Positions 1 through 13,372 of a stretch of DNA of 64,000 nt are shown here, piece by piece. The DNA comes from Chara braunii (lineage: Eukaryota; Plantae; Charophyceae). The position numbers and the translations under genes are program-made. The stretch is taken from assembly GCA_003427395.1 (NCBI GenBank), contig BFEA01000014.1:527883-591882 (forward strand), written 5' to 3'. How positions within the stretch are numbered: the first letter of the stretch is position 1; every line of letters begins with the position of its first letter. The notes under the pieces are model-generated. The model ran no database searches. It worked only from the letters and a program-made list of their open reading frames with translations, and was not told the DNA's origin.

Positions 1-2840
1 GATTGTACTGGTGGACAACCTCAAATTTTTCTGCAAAACTATTATGCTATTGACGTGGCTTCTTCGGGTACCTTCAGTTTGGAAAAAAACCTATTTTTTT
101 AATATGTTGTTGTGAGACATGGATCACAGGGCTAACTATGTTTTCTAAAAAACCAGTTTTTTTTTGTCTTGTTGTGGCACGTAAACCTGAGGTCTAAATC
201 TTGTGCTCAAAACTAGTTTACGGAAAAACGTATAGCATAATTTGGCAAAATGGACTTTCGTTTCGGTCCAGTTTTCACGAAGTGTATGTTAGAAGTAAAC
301 GGGCCTGCCCTGATCACTCTCTAAGCACACACCTCACACATGCGGACCACCCAAGGGTTGTTCATGGTGTTGTATGTTGGTTCTGGGTTTCACATGGGTT
401 GCTTGGGGGTGTTGGTCTTGGGTGTTCTGTTGATCTCCCCAGTCTGGCATATCTGTGATGACCCGTCCAAACATGGACTGAAACACACAGCTGATTGCCC
501 ATAGACTGAATGCCCTGCTGAGTTTTACCCATAGACTGAATGCCCTGCTGAGTTTCCCGTTTGCTACAAAGTCTGTGTGTGCACGCTTCTGTCTGCCAAG
601 TCCGTGTGTGCACGCTTCTGTCTGAGTGCTGGTTGGCTTGAGCGTGTGTGTGGCCGTGCCTGTCTGAGTGCTGGTTGGCTTGAGTGTGTGTGTGGCCCGC
701 AAGGGCACTTGCTCGTTCATTGGGCCCTCAGGGCCGGTTCTATCCTGTGGCCGTGACATTGAGGGAGTGCAGCAAGAAAAACAATCTAGTAGCGGGTAGG
801 CCGGTACCGCATCCTGAAGGGGTAGATGTGCGGGTACTGGAGGCCGAGCAGAAGAAGACAAAAGTGGCATTTTTAGAGGCCCAGTAGTTGTAGGTTAGGT
901 CTAGGTGGATACCAGTCCAACCAGTCTGGGTCTAGGGCCTGTACGGGCAATATCAGAGTCCCTCCGAAAGGGAGGAGGTACCGGTTGCTTGGAAGGCCGA
1001 GCGGCCTGGAAGTCACCGCCCGAAGAGGCAAGCAGGCCGCTATATCTCCCAGCCGGGTGAAGAGCCCGGCCTCTTTTTCAGTGTGTGCAAGTTTGGTGAC
1101 ACACTGGTGGAGCGCTGGCTGGAGCAGCGCTATGCTGGAGCAGTGCTGCTGGGGAGGAAGGAGAAGGACAAGAGGGAAGAAGAAGGAAGGGGGAGGAGCG
1201 CCAGGGGTACTTACCTGGCTATGGTGGCAGACATCTTCATCACCTTGGTGGGTGCTTCAGCAGGGAGTCCCCAACCAGGGAGAGCCACACCAAGAAGCTT
1301 CGAGGCAAGGTTGGGCATGGCGGCCTGAGCTAGAGAATATAGCTGCTTTGGGTTGTCCTTTGGGCATCTGGGCAAGGCCTAGTAGTCCGCCATAGCCTCG
1401 GCCTATGAGAGTGAAGAGTGAGAGAGGCAGCCATGGCTATGGTGGACCTCAAGTGATACCTGTAGTAGAAGAGGAACTCGGACATTGATTCTGGATCAGC
1501 CATTCAACATTGTATTATTATTTCTTGTATGAATAAGAGAAGGGGGAGACAAGGAGCAGGAGATTCTTGGGCGATGAAGAAGAGCCTTGTCATTTGTCTA
1601 TGCTGGTGTACATCTTCTTCTTCTTCTTTCTTACTTCTTCTTCTTCCAATCCTCTCTCTCCTCTCAAGTTCATTCATTTCCTTCTGCAATTGGACGGCAT
1701 TGTACTATCTGATGGATGTGTATCTCAAAATTGGCCAGGATCATAACATATCACACGTTCGTGCCATTTCCACTAGTAGCCGTTCACATGGTAGAGTCAT
1801 ACGATTACATGTTTCAAGGTCACGGGTTCGAGCTTCACTCGGATCTTGGGGGGATCCTTGTCCAGCTTACCCCGTTCTCTCTTCGATACACACGTGACTC
1901 TGCCTATACATCTCGATACATTGATTCACACAGCACACACAGCCTTCGGGCATATACATAGCTTGCAAATTATACATGGCCTACGGGCTACATACACAAG
2001 TTTCCACACATAGTGCTGTCTGTACATCTTCATACATAGATACACAAAGCATACACAGCCTTCGGGTATACACATACATTTCGAACTACACAACTATCCG
2101 ACTGGGGGGGTCTAGTCACTGGGTGGGGTCTAGTATCTGCGGTAGGGACAGGTATGGGCCACCGGAGTTCCTACTGATATTCGGGTAGAACTGTCTAGTG
2201 GCTATATATATGGCTTAGACCCTGGGTTAAGGGTAGGGGTATAAGTCGCTCAGGCCAGTCCGAGTTCCGCCTGGCCTTGGGTAAGCTAGGGGAAGGACGG
2301 CAAGACTGCTTGAATGGGTGCTTCCCTGTCTGAAACCTAGGGCCCAGAGTCTCTTGGGGCCTGTAGTAGATTGTCTGCCAGTGGGCCTGGCGTCGGAAGT
2401 TCCCGTTCGACAAGGCTCGTCCGATTCCGCTTCCACAAGGGCTGGGCAACCTATCAGCCCTGGTGCCTATCACTGCTGTTCGGTCCAAGTTACCTGCCCA
2501 TTGGTAGGGTAATTATGGTCCTGAGTGCTGGTCACACTGAGGTAGGATAGTGGGATAGGGGGTGCGCTAGGAGTATTGATGTGAGGATGGGATGGGAGGT
2601 GGTCTCATAGTCCAGGACACCCACTGCCTACTGCTCCAGGTGATCACTGTGTACACAGTGACTGGCCTCTACAACACCATGGACTTAAAACAAAAAAAAG
2701 TTCAAAAACAGAAAACAGAGTAAACAACCTGCTCATACCAGCAAGTCCCAGACCAACAACCAAGAGGGGCTCTGTGAACAAACCAAGACCGGGGAAAATG
2801 TTTCCACCTGTGCTGACCCGCCCAAGCCCAAGGGGTCAGT

Positions 2841-3307
2841 GGGGCTCGTTCGACACTCCTTGGGGTGTCCTCGGGGCCCAAGGAAGTTTCGTTGGGGGTT
2901 TTCAAGGAAATTCCCGCCATCGTTCCACCTGTCCTCGGGGACGTCGGCCGAGGACATTTCCTTCGAACGACGTCAGACAAGAAAAAAGAAAAGAAAAAAA
3001 AATCAAATGTGTTTGAGGCCATCAGCCAATAGGGTGCCGCCACGATCCAGATTCTCGGTTGTAATGTCTCTCTACCCATGTGCCCGCTCCTCTCCGTGAC
3101 ACGCGGACTCCTTTTGCCCAAGGGACCTCGTGAGGTCCCTTGGATGAGGTCCCTTGGGGCAAAAGGAAGAAATGGCTGGGGAATCCTCGGAGCCCAAGGA
3201 ATTTCCTTCAGTGTTTTCACTTTTCTTTTTCCGACTACCTCCCCGAGGATAGGTGGAACGAACAATTCCTCGGGGACTACGTGCCCAAGGAGTGTCGAAC
3301 GAGCCCC
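2841..3307. mobile_element. PIF/Harbinger (Tourist-like) MITE
   Basis: 24-bp TIR ggggctcgttcgacactccttggg / cccaaggagtgtcgaacgagcccc; AGT on both flanks (3-bp TSD); further internal inverted segment. Confidence 0.75.
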
Positions 3308-4099
3308 AGTGCCCCACCTGGGCCCACCATTATATCAACTGCAGGAAGCAAACATTACGGCCCCCATTCGCAAACCTCAACTGCAGGAGAGCACCATGGA
3401 AGCACGGAACCTGAGACAGACCCGGCAGGAAGGATTCCCCAGTAGATGGGCAGCACGTCAGCGTGTAAAGTAGCAGAAAATTAACCCTTTCGTTGTACTC
3501 TTTCAGAGTGACTGTCGCTCACTGCCGGACAGAACAGCCTGGTTGATGGGGAAATTAACCCCTGCCCAGTGCCCATACCATCGGCGGGGTGAGGTGTGAG
3601 GTGTTTGGCCCTGAAGACGGCCGCATTCCTACGATGTCCACATGGTGCAAAGAATAGCGCTCCCCTCAGTGTTTCTGCACGAATCTTCAGCCTGTCAGTG
3701 AGATAAGGCGGACAAGGCCCTCGAGCGTCGCTCAGTAGAGCCCAGCAGCACAAGGCATTTGGCAGCAAGAACCAAATTATTGCCTTCACCGAAACTTCAA
3801 ACGTTTTTTTTTTTTTTTTTTACATGAAACTTGGCTCATTTGATTTCGCACACCAAAATATAGGCCGGGAATCCTCCATAACCAAGTTGAACCCGGAAAA
3901 GGAGTAGAAAACCAAAATGTCGGTGTCGGGGAGAAAAAGCCAAATTATAGACCGGAGCCATCGGAACCACGCCGGCCTCTACCCTTGGGGGCTCGCACCA
4001 CCCAAGAGGTAGAGGACCTGGTCCTGAACGATGATTCTGAAAAAGAAAAAAAAAAGAAACAAGTGCGGTAGTAGCACACCTTCAAACTGTAAAGGCAAA

Positions 4100-4760
4100 A
4101 AAAACACCAATGGGCAACGGAAAAATCGCCGCAGTTCGAAAAAGGCAGTCATAACATCAGACGGCGGTAACATCAGGCCCCGAGTTTGAAAAGGGCGGTT
4201 GTAGCACCCTTTTTTTTTTTTTCCGGNNNNNNNNNNNNNNNNNNNNNNNNNNNNNNNNNNNNNNNNNNNNNNNNNNNNNNNNNNNNNNNNNNNNNNNNNN
4301 NNNNNNNNNNNNNNNNNNNNNNNNNNNNNNNNNNNNNNNNNNNNNNNNNNNNNNNNNNNNNNNNNNNNNNNNNNNNNNNNNNNNNNNNNNNNNNNNNNNN
4401 NNNNNNNNNNNNNNNNNNNNNNNNNNNNNNNNNNNNNNNNNNNNNNNNNNNNNNNNNNNNNNNNNNNNNNNNNNNNNNNNNNNNNNNNNNNAAAAAAAAA
4501 AAAAAAAAGGCCCCATGGTTGGGCCATGGCCGAGATGTCTCGGCCACACCCCAAATTGGGCCATGGCCGAGATGTCTCGGCCACACACCAAATTGGCCAC
4601 GGCCGACATGTCTCAGCCACACCCCAGATTGGCCACGGCCGCGAAAGTGTGTGCTACAACCGCCCTTTTCAAACTCGGGGCCTGATGTTACCGCCTTCTG
4701 ATGTTATGACTGCCTTTTCGAACTACGGCCATTTTTTCGTTGCCCATTATTGTTTTTTTT
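4100..4760. repeat. Long inverted repeat (~110-bp arms) enclosing a gap and tandem ggccgagaNNtctcggcc palindromes
   Basis: 4100-4207 is the reverse complement of ~4651-4760; palindromic units of ~31-32 bp at 4510-4640. Confidence 0.7.
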
Positions 4761-6391
4761 GCCCTTTTGAACTTCGTTTGTGACACAAACGTACTTGCCC
4801 ACCGACCCCTTCAAAAAAAAAAAAACACCGCCTCAGGCCCGGAAACAACCTCACAACCCAAATTTAGAAAAAAAAGGAAAAGGAAGAAATGTTTCCACAC
4901 TCGCTCCGTATCTTTGCCCAGGGAAAAAAATAAAAGAAGAAAGAAGCCCACTGCGCTTCCCACACCGGGAAAAAAAAAAAAAAAGTAGCACCAGATGTCC
5001 TTCGCCATAGAAACAAAAACGTGGCTAAACTGCATTTCCCAAACCGAAAAAAAAAAAAAAAAAAAAAAAAAGTAACACTGGACGGCATTCGTCAAAGAAA
5101 CAAAAACGTCGCTAAACAACACCTCCCGGACTCTCTCTGCAAGTCTGCACCAGTCCTATGGGTCTTGCTGCACCACTCACCAAACTCTGTAGGTGTGCCA
5201 TTACGTGATGGCTCCAGTCTTATTCGTGGGTAGCACAAATTAAGGCGCCACACCATGCCTGCTGTAGGTGCGCCATTGCGTGATGGCTCCAGTCTTATTC
5301 GTGAGGAGCAGCACGTGATGGGAACAGGGCCTAGCATCCCAAAAAGAACACAGCATTCACACGCTGTACCCACTCATCGTTGCACACACCCACCAGCCGG
5401 TGCGCTAAGCACCGCCACTTCATCTAAAGGCTGAAGCAGCACCACGGGTGCAGCAGGGATATTATGTCACATTCTTGCAGATGATGACGTTCCTCCAATG
5501 GATGGCTGAGAGTGAAGAGACGCTCATCAAAGCAGCCATGTGTCGAAAGACTAGGTGATGATACAACAGGTGCCGGGTGACAAGACCATCACCGCAGCGC
5601 AAACTTTTTTTTTTTTTTTCCACTAAGCTATATTGTTCTGTCAAATTCACCTTTCAGTATCTACCCACCACTACTCCTCGTAAGCCTATACAGGGGACAC
5701 CTGCAAGTATAACTACCGCTCACAACGAAGGGGGATGAATGTTGGGCCCCACCCTAATGGACGGTGGTGACGGAGTAGGGTGGGCCAGCTGTTTGGCCGG
5801 GGGGGGGGGGGGTAACACGAAGACCGAGCATTTTGTCAATGCCCCATGCATTAATTGGGCTGCTAATGCAAAGACCGGGTAACACGAAGACCGAGCATTT
5901 TGTCAGTGCCCCATGCACTAATGGGCAGTGGTCAGGGAGTAGGGTGCTAATGCAAAGACCGGGCATTTGGCCAGTAGCTGCGCCTCCCATCTACTTCCCC
6001 TGCTCCCATCGAGTAACAGCAGTGTTTATTACTAATACCAAACACGGGGAGCAAGCCAACTATCTCAGTTGGTTGACACCAAGAGTGCCGCAGGCATTCT
6101 CTTCTTTTCTTTTTTTTTCTCCTAAGCGCGACGGCCTCAGTTTCGCACAAACATTTGAACCACAACAGTAGAGAACGTGAAGCTTCTATACACAGCTAAA
6201 TATACTGTTTGTGGTTCAAACTGATGTCCCTACTACCCCTTTCTTATGACCAAATCAGGCCCATGCTCACACTGGACGCATGTCCCTTAGTCTCTAGTAA
6301 ATGTATCTGACTAGAACTGCGCGTAGACGCGGGTGCATCTGACTGTAATTACGTCCAGAGAGAGGGCACAGTTGAAAATGTGCTAGACTAA

Positions 6392-6830
6392 GGGTCTGAT
6401 CCCACCACTACACTGCCAATGTAGTGGTGAAAAAGTACTACGAAGACGTCAGCGACCATGGCGGGGACCCACAGCGCAGAGTTATTTGGTGGTCCTCCTG
6501 GACCTGCGGCGCCTCTTTATGGGCGCCAGTTCAAGGTGGATGGTTTTGTGGCACGCGTTGCCCCAGTGGACATCCCAACCTCTACAAACGGACAAGCGAA
6601 AAATATGGAAAAAAAAAAGAAAAAGTGCTCCCTCTTTTTCGAGGCCGTGAAGCCCTCGCAGTCTACATGAAAGTCGTAGTAACTGTTCGCGCCATTCGTG
6701 GGCATGCTGCCATGACACACCCAAACGAAACACATGCAAAACATTTCGGCGGCCGCGACAACAACTGAAAGTCGTGGGATCTCAAAACTACACTGTACCT
6801 GGGCTGTAGTGTAGTGGTGGGATCATACCC
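6392..6830. mobile_element. PIF/Harbinger (Tourist-like) MITE
   Basis: TIR gggtctgatcccaccactacact / agtgtagtggtgggatcataccc; TAA TSD at 6389-6391 and 6831-6833. Confidence 0.85.
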
Positions 6831-7077
6831 TAAGTGTGAATGTGCCCACAATCACTCAAGATTTTTAAACACCATCCCCTGAGCCAGTGCCACTCATCTT
6901 CCTCAGAAGAGCATATGACCGTACTTTCTATTGGGGAGAAGAGGGCATGCCGGCACCAATTCGGAGGCAGTCTAAGGTGCACTATCAGCCAGTGGCACCG
7001 CCTTACAGTACACTCACCGTACCATCATCCACGTCACCTCAAAGAGTAAACACAAAGAAGCTCTGCGAATCCAATCC

Positions 7078-7600
7078 TAGGGCATACTCAAACTAGTACT
7101 TTCCTTAACCTCTAACCCTATCCGTACCGACCCTATCATGGATGTCCACCGAAGAACTGCCGATACGGATCACCTCAAGCCTCAAGGACTCAAAGCCAAA
7201 AAACTCTGCGAATCAATCTTAGGGCATACTCACACTAGTACTTTCCTAAACGTACCTGCCCGCAATCACGGCCCAACCTGTATGAATGTGACCACAATAA
7301 CGTCTAGAGCTGAGCAGAAAAAGTCCTAGTGTGAGTCTGCCCTTAACCTATCCCTACCGACCCTATGAATGTCGGCCGAAAAAGTGCAGCTATGAATCAA
7401 AGCAAATAAGCTCTCCGGATCCAGTCTTCAGGCATACTCTCAAACTAGTACTTTCCTAAATGTATCTGCCCGCGATTATGGCACAACCTTGATGAATGCG
7501 GGTGCGCTCAAGTCCAGAGCCAAGCAAAGAAGTCATGGTTGAATATGGCCTTACTCTTATGCCACCCACCAAAAACGTCCTGGTGTGAACATGCTCTTAC
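7078..7600. mobile_element. Cluster of ~3 related short Tourist-like MITE copies
   Basis: ggcatactca(a/c)actagtactttcc recurs at ~7080, ~7220 and ~7430, with inverted end aagtcctagtgtgagtctgccct; related copy at ~18415-18530. Confidence 0.55.
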
Positions 7601-7663
7601 TCTATGCTACGGACCCTAGCCTAGGCCGCCGGCTACGAATCAAGTCTACCCCACCCTACCCTA

Positions 7664-9877
7664 TTACCCCATTGATCTCGGACGAAAGATTACCGGCACA
7701 GGGTTTTCCGGGAACAAAACGAGTCCGTCCTGCTCAGAAAGGTCTAGGTCTTCTGGCTTAATGCCATGTGGCAACATAACATCGAATCGCTGCAGCAACC
7801 TGGACACAACAAATCGCACAGTGGTCAGTGCGAGCCGAATTCCGGGACACATTCTTCTTCCTGATCCAAACGGCAAGAACTCAAAGTTCTTTCCATCAGG
7901 ATGCATGTCGTCGGCCAGCAGTCCGTCTCGAATGAACCGCTCGGGCCGGAACTCCCATGGCTCCAACCACACCTTAGGGTCGTGCATAATAGCCCAGGCA
8001 TTGACGATGACCGAAGTGCCTACCGGCACGTCATATCCAAACACTACGGCGTCTTTCATAGCTTGATGGGGAATGAGCGTGGGAGCAATACTGTGCAGAC
8101 GCAGCGTCTCATACAGAACGGCATTGAGGTAAGGAAGATTCTCCAGATCATTCTGCGATGGAACCTCGTGCTTTCCTATGGCCTCATCTAGCTCCGCCTT
8201 CAGCAGTGCCATCTTCTCCGGATGGCGCAGCAATTCCATCAGAAGAAAAACAGTTGTAGAGGTCGTTGTGTCGGTGCCACCTGACACGAGGTCCATTAAC
8301 AGTAGGCAGGCCTCCGTCTCGCCGTACGCCACATCATCCTCCTTCATTGTAGAAGCCGCCAAGTTCTTGGGCGTGCTAGTTCCCGGAGGAGACAGGTTAT
8401 TGAAGACCACGTCCACCATTGCATCTGGATTAATGAGTCCAGCTGCTCTCAACGCTGCTTGGTGGTGATCGAGCTTTGTGCAACTGCTTCCGCTGTCGCC
8501 AGCGACATTCCGTTGGAATTTGCGCCGCTTTTCAATGAGCTCCAGGGTCAAGGCGCGGAATTTATTTGACACCCCTCGCACATACTGGAGATAACCCCTG
8601 TAGAAGAGCCTCATACTCGGGACAAAGTCCGGTACCTGTGCCATCCCCACCGCCTTCGTCGTTGCCAACACCACATCATAAAATCTTTTCGCCATTTGGT
8701 CCTCGTCAATATCATCGCCTCCCTTCGTAGTCTGAAGCGACGTTTCTTTGCTCATTCTCCTAGTTGCATCATCTTCAAGACCATCCTCAGGCTCCTGCGC
8801 TCTCGTCGGCATCCTCATCGTTGACGTTGAACAGCCGCTGGTAGCAATGGCTTTTGCCATGTGATGCTGCATGGCAGGCGACACAGGAGAGCCGAATATG
8901 ACATAGGTCAATGTGTCCAGGGCGAAGTGGAACAGGTTTTCTCGCAAGTGGACTGGCTGCAGCCCATCCATGGTGCCTGCTGATCCACTGGGACCCCGCT
9001 CATTCCCAGCAGGATGGCAGATTCGACGTTCCGCTACCTGCCTGTGGTTGTGGCTCATCTCGACGTTGGCTGTTGCACCGCCGTGCACGGCGGCGGACGG
9101 ATTCAATTCGGGCACAGACGAGGTTTTTTCTGTCGGGAGGGGGGGTGCGGCAGGTGAGAGATCATTCCCCTCCTGGACCTCCTCCTTTGCTCCCATATTT
9201 CTTCCTTCCTGCTTGTGTGCTCCTCCTTGGCCTTTCCTCAACAGCTCCTCCTCTAGGAAATTGGTGAGCTTCCGTCGGATTGCATCCACCTGCGCCATCC
9301 TCCTTGGGGAGAGCAACTGCACGGTGGCAATCTTCCTTTGCTTCCGCCACAGAGGACCGTATGGCGCGAAGCCGAGGTCTCGACCACCATATGACCATGC
9401 ATCGGCCGTTGGCGGCAGCGGTCGCGAGGCGAAAGTGGTTCCCTGAGTGAGCAGGACCTCTTTTGCTGCGGCCGGGCTCGACACCACCAGCGTAGGGGTC
9501 GCGCCCATGTGAACGGTCATCAGCTCTCCATACTGCTCTGCCATCTTGGCCAGGCCTCTATGGGGGTGCCTTTGCAGCTGAAGCAGGCTGCCTACGATTG
9601 GCCATGGAGCAGGCCCGGGGGCCAGACGCAGTTTGCATCCATAGCGGTCCTTCGCCCCAACAATGATCGACTTAGCCACTAGCCAAGAAAGCAAACTGGC
9701 AGTCAAGACACAGACCAGCACTGTGAGGATCGGCAATCCCCATGTGATCAACGGAAGATGGCGCCCAAGATCACCGACAGAGACCCATGGGAACCGAGCA
9801 ATCATGCACATCCAGACACTCTCCGCATTCAATTTGTCCCTCGTGTCCTCTGCGAAACTGCCAACATCGGCCCCCAT
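7664..9877 (-). CDS. Cytochrome P450, CYP71-clan (A-type)-like; single exon, ~737 aa from first in-frame ATG
   Basis: N-terminal TM helix; PGPAPWPIVG hinge; WRKQR C-helix; GGTDTT I-helix; ETLR K-helix; FRPERF; heme motif PFGSGRRMCPG; uninterrupted frame. Confidence 0.95.
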   Translation of the reverse strand: MGADVGSFAEDTRDKLNAESVWMCMIARFPWVSVGDLGRHLPLITWGLPILTVLVCVLTASLLSWLVAKSIIVGAKDRYGCKLRLAPGPAPWPIVGSLLQLQRHPHRGLAKMAEQYGELMTVHMGATPTLVVSSPAAAKEVLLTQGTTFASRPLPPTADAWSYGGRDLGFAPYGPLWRKQRKIATVQLLSPRRMAQVDAIRRKLTNFLEEELLRKGQGGAHKQEGRNMGAKEEVQEGNDLSPAAPPLPTEKTSSVPELNPSAAVHGGATANVEMSHNHRQVAERRICHPAGNERGPSGSAGTMDGLQPVHLRENLFHFALDTLTYVIFGSPVSPAMQHHMAKAIATSGCSTSTMRMPTRAQEPEDGLEDDATRRMSKETSLQTTKGGDDIDEDQMAKRFYDVVLATTKAVGMAQVPDFVPSMRLFYRGYLQYVRGVSNKFRALTLELIEKRRKFQRNVAGDSGSSCTKLDHHQAALRAAGLINPDAMVDVVFNNLSPPGTSTPKNLAASTMKEDDVAYGETEACLLLMDLVSGGTDTTTSTTVFLLMELLRHPEKMALLKAELDEAIGKHEVPSQNDLENLPYLNAVLYETLRLHSIAPTLIPHQAMKDAVVFGYDVPVGTSVIVNAWAIMHDPKVWLEPWEFRPERFIRDGLLADDMHPDGKNFEFLPFGSGRRMCPGIRLALTTVRFVVSRLLQRFDVMLPHGIKPEDLDLSEQDGLVLFPENPVPVIFRPRSMG

Positions 9878-9961
9878 CCTTGCCGCCTCCTTGAAATCTC
9901 CCCCTTCGCTACCTACCACCTCCTTCCCCTGGGGCAGAATCAAGATCCTCCGCTCACGTTC

Positions 9962-10240
9962 TCCTGGTCCCTGGTCCACTCTGGAATCCTCCTGGTCCCT
10001 GGTCCACTCTGGAATTCTCCTGGTCCCTGGTTCCACCTGCAATTCTCAGATCATACGGTTCCACTTGGGAATTGGCGGAGCTAAGGCNNNNNACTTGGGA
10101 ATTGGCGGAGCTAAGGCAGTCTGTCCCTGGCAAACTCTGGAATCCTCATGGTCCCTGGTCCACTCTGGAATTCTCCTGGTCCCTGGTCCCACTCTGCAAT
10201 TCTCAGATCATAAGGTTCCACTTGGGAATTGGCGTAGCTT
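9962..10240. repeat. Tandem ~28-bp repeat and duplicated block upstream of the CYP, spanning a small N gap
   Basis: tggtccctggtccactctggaat(c/t)ctcc repeated; block repeated on both sides of the N run. Confidence 0.7.
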
Positions 10241-11352
10241 AGTCAGTCACCTGTCATCCGTGACAGATTGAAACACAAACGAGCACAGTGGACCCATATG
10301 AGTAGGGAGTGAACATCAGCGTAAGTACGGTAGCAAGGACGAGAGAAGGAAAAACGAATGGACTCAGACATATGCCAGAGAGGCACACCAACAAAAAACA
10401 AGAACACGAAGGAGAGGGACAGAAAATAGCAAAAACTCGGACATATGCCAGAGAGGCACACCAACAAGCAACAAGAACACGAAGGACAGGGACAGAAAAT
10501 AGCAAAAACTCATCGCCCACACAAACGAGGAACAAGAACATGAAACAGAAGACAGAAAAAAGCACGAGTTCGGGGAAAAAGCATGAAAAGCACGTGTCAA
10601 AATAAAAAAGGGTCGAGTACTTTCATGTCATCGAATGGGCAGTTTTCCTGTTTTACAATTGCTGTTCGCAAAGAAATCCCCAGCGTGAGTACATTCATGT
10701 CATCGGATGGGCAAAAAAAACACGCGTTGGCAAAGAAAACCCCGCCAAGTTCAAAAAGACAACGGAAGTACTGACTATGTTGTGTCCAACCGGTGTCATT
10801 TTTCAGGGGTTGGCATAATGCCCACCGGATACTTTTGGACTGAAATCGCTCATTTCCAGTTGGCACGTGGTTTCTTTGCTGGCGCAAGTTTTTTTTGCCT
10901 TTAGCGTTTCAAAACATACCATCCGCTGTTATTTCACCAAAAAAATAGAAGGGGTAACTATAGAGCCACGAAAGCAGTTTCTAAATGCATTTCGAACTGC
11001 ATTTTTTTAATTCCAGTCCCGTCGGAAGTTTACCATGCGGTCGAAACTCCGCTTTGCCGAAAAGACACACAGCGGAGTTTGGAACTACAGTTGCACGCCG
11101 CATTTCCTCCCACTCGCCCCCCCCAACCCTAGAATCTCGACCGCGGCTGAGACATCTCAGCAATGGCCAATCTGGGATGTGGCCAAGACATCTCGGCCGT
11201 GGCCCGACCGGCTGTTTTTTTTTTTTTTTTTTTCAGCCGTGGTGCGGCATGTGACGTGCCAGCTTCCGGACCTGCGCCATCTTCCGATCCCCCCCCCCCC
11301 TGTCTTTGTCAAATTTTGGGTGACAGCCTCCTCTTTTTGTATTTTTCATGAA

Positions 11353-13372
11353 TGTAATATGCGGGACCCTCAGATCAGTTTTGGGAAATTTGTCTTTTGC
11401 ACACATGGGAATTACGCGCGCCTTAGCAAGCACGCTAGGAATTTCGGTCGACGGTTAGGAATTCCGGAATGAGCGGAGTCCGATGTGTCCTTTCTTGCGC
11501 ATGAATGTTCTCAACTTCGTCTTGGAAAGCTCTGGGAATTTTCGTAGGAATCTGAATTGGTATATGATTTTCTCCCACGCTCGCTCTACCGCGCGGATAT
11601 GGTACTAAGCTGTAACTGTTTTGGTGCCCTTTTTGCCTCCGAGTCGGCGTCATACATGTGAGTCTCCCCTTCCTGCTTCCCACGCTGCCTTGGACACTCT
11701 TCTTCGCGCTAACGCTCCTCTCTCTGTAACCGTTTTCCATCTCTCCTTCGACCTTGCGCACCTTTTCTCTCCTTCTTGATTTTCTGAATCTTGGTTCCGT
11801 TTCACGCTACTCTTCGCGCTCTTTTTCTTCCCGCTCTAATCCCCGTGCTGAAATAACCTGTCGATCCCCCCTCCCCCCCCCTTTCACTCCCTGTAGGCTG
11901 TAGCCAAGGAGATGCGCCGTGTAAGAAGGAAATTCCTGATACACGACGATTCTGATTGGCTACAACTGGGATCCAAAGGATCGACATGACTTTCGTCAGG
12001 CGAGTATCCCTGAGCCTTTCCCTTCCCCTCCCTATCTCAGTCCTAATCCTTCCTAGCATCTATTTTTTTTTCCGCAGCTATAAATCCCACAAGCGCTCCC
12101 GAAAATCTCTCTTGACTCGTCAGCCCGGTTCTGGGAAGCTGGGGCTAGGTGGTATGAAGGAAGGTGCAAGTCGAAAAGTCCCTACTACGAGCTGGTTGTA
12201 GTTAGCGCTCGGGGTGCTGGATCGCCCGACAGACTGTGGGATCCGAGCAAGGCCGTGGAGAGACTAAGTCGGCGGGGCGACGATCCCTATGGTGGATTGG
12301 CACGTGACGGTCGGGATCGCCAGTGCAAGTGAAACGTTAGAGTCGGAAGTGAGTGAGTGCATGGCCTGGGGCTATGGTGGAATTTTATGGCAGAAGTGCT
12401 TCCCCTTTTTGTCCCAAAATTTGTATCTTCCAGTGTGAATTCCGATCGCTCGGCTTTTAAGCCGAAACTTCCCAGGACAAGATTGCCTGACATTCTGTGA
12501 TTGCTTTCTATAAGTTTCTACTCGTTCTTCCCTCCTGGTCTGCGTCCATACTCTCCCTCTCTCGTCCGATCACGTTATATCATAAGGGATGAATAATGGT
12601 AACCTTCCTTCTCTCACTTCGGTATGAGCATGCGGTGAGTCGTGTTAGAGAGACTCAGTTTGTTATAGCATGATTGTAAGGACGATTGGCTGATCGACTG
12701 GATGATCTGGTTGCCTGGAGTGTCAAAATGATGCATGATTAAGATCTGTTTTGAGCTTACCTTTGCTGCCATGTGGACTTACGGCCCCAACCCGACCGGG
12801 CGCCAACTTCCCGTACCCCCGCCACCCCTCTTCCCGTACAACGAGGAAAGGAGTGTATCCGCGTGGGATGTACGAGAAGCCATCACCAAGATCGGAGGGT
12901 GTTACTACTTTCCTCCCGAAACTCGGTGTTGTGGATTCGTCGGTGCGGGTTTTGTTATCATTGATATGCGCTTTCCGCCCTATTCGTTGTTGTTGCCATT
13001 TAACGAACCGATCCCGTGGACGACAGTGGAGTCTCATTGGCCCAGCGATTGTCGTCGCTTCGAGCATCACCAGGCCAAGAGTTTCCACTATCATACACGT
13101 GACGAGGACAAGCACAAAGAGAAGGCTACTCGATCGAGGCCCTCCACGCCGGACTCAGTTGTGTAACGAGCGCCGACGAGACCTCATCCGAAAACGGGAT
13201 ACCATGTGCGTACCCACCCCCTTTCACGTGAAACGAAGAGCGACGGCTCGCTGGGAAGTCCAACAATACTTTTTAGATTGAATTTCCCATAGCTGCAAGT
13301 CCCGCGCACGCCTTTTTCTCCCTTAAAACCCGCGCGACGACGGACCTTCCTCTTACTACCGTCGGACCAACA
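11353..13372 (+). mobile_element. Possible solo-LTR-like insert nested in the MULE
   Basis: Starts TGTAAT, ends CCAACA; TATAAAT near 12079; non-coding; no convincing TSD. Confidence 0.3.

Noticed and set aside
1208-1218. U1 snRNA 5' end (tacttacctgg)
   Set aside because: No further U1 similarity; it is simply the complement of a consensus 5' splice site.
880-2676. LTR retrotransposon 5' end (minus strand starts TGTTGTA at 2676)
   Set aside because: No PBS, second LTR or recognisable gag/pol motif in view; left unannotated.
9878-10042. N-terminal extension of the CYP in the ORF track (792 aa)
   Set aside because: Begins at a non-ATG codon and runs through the upstream tandem repeat; the first ATG is at 9877.
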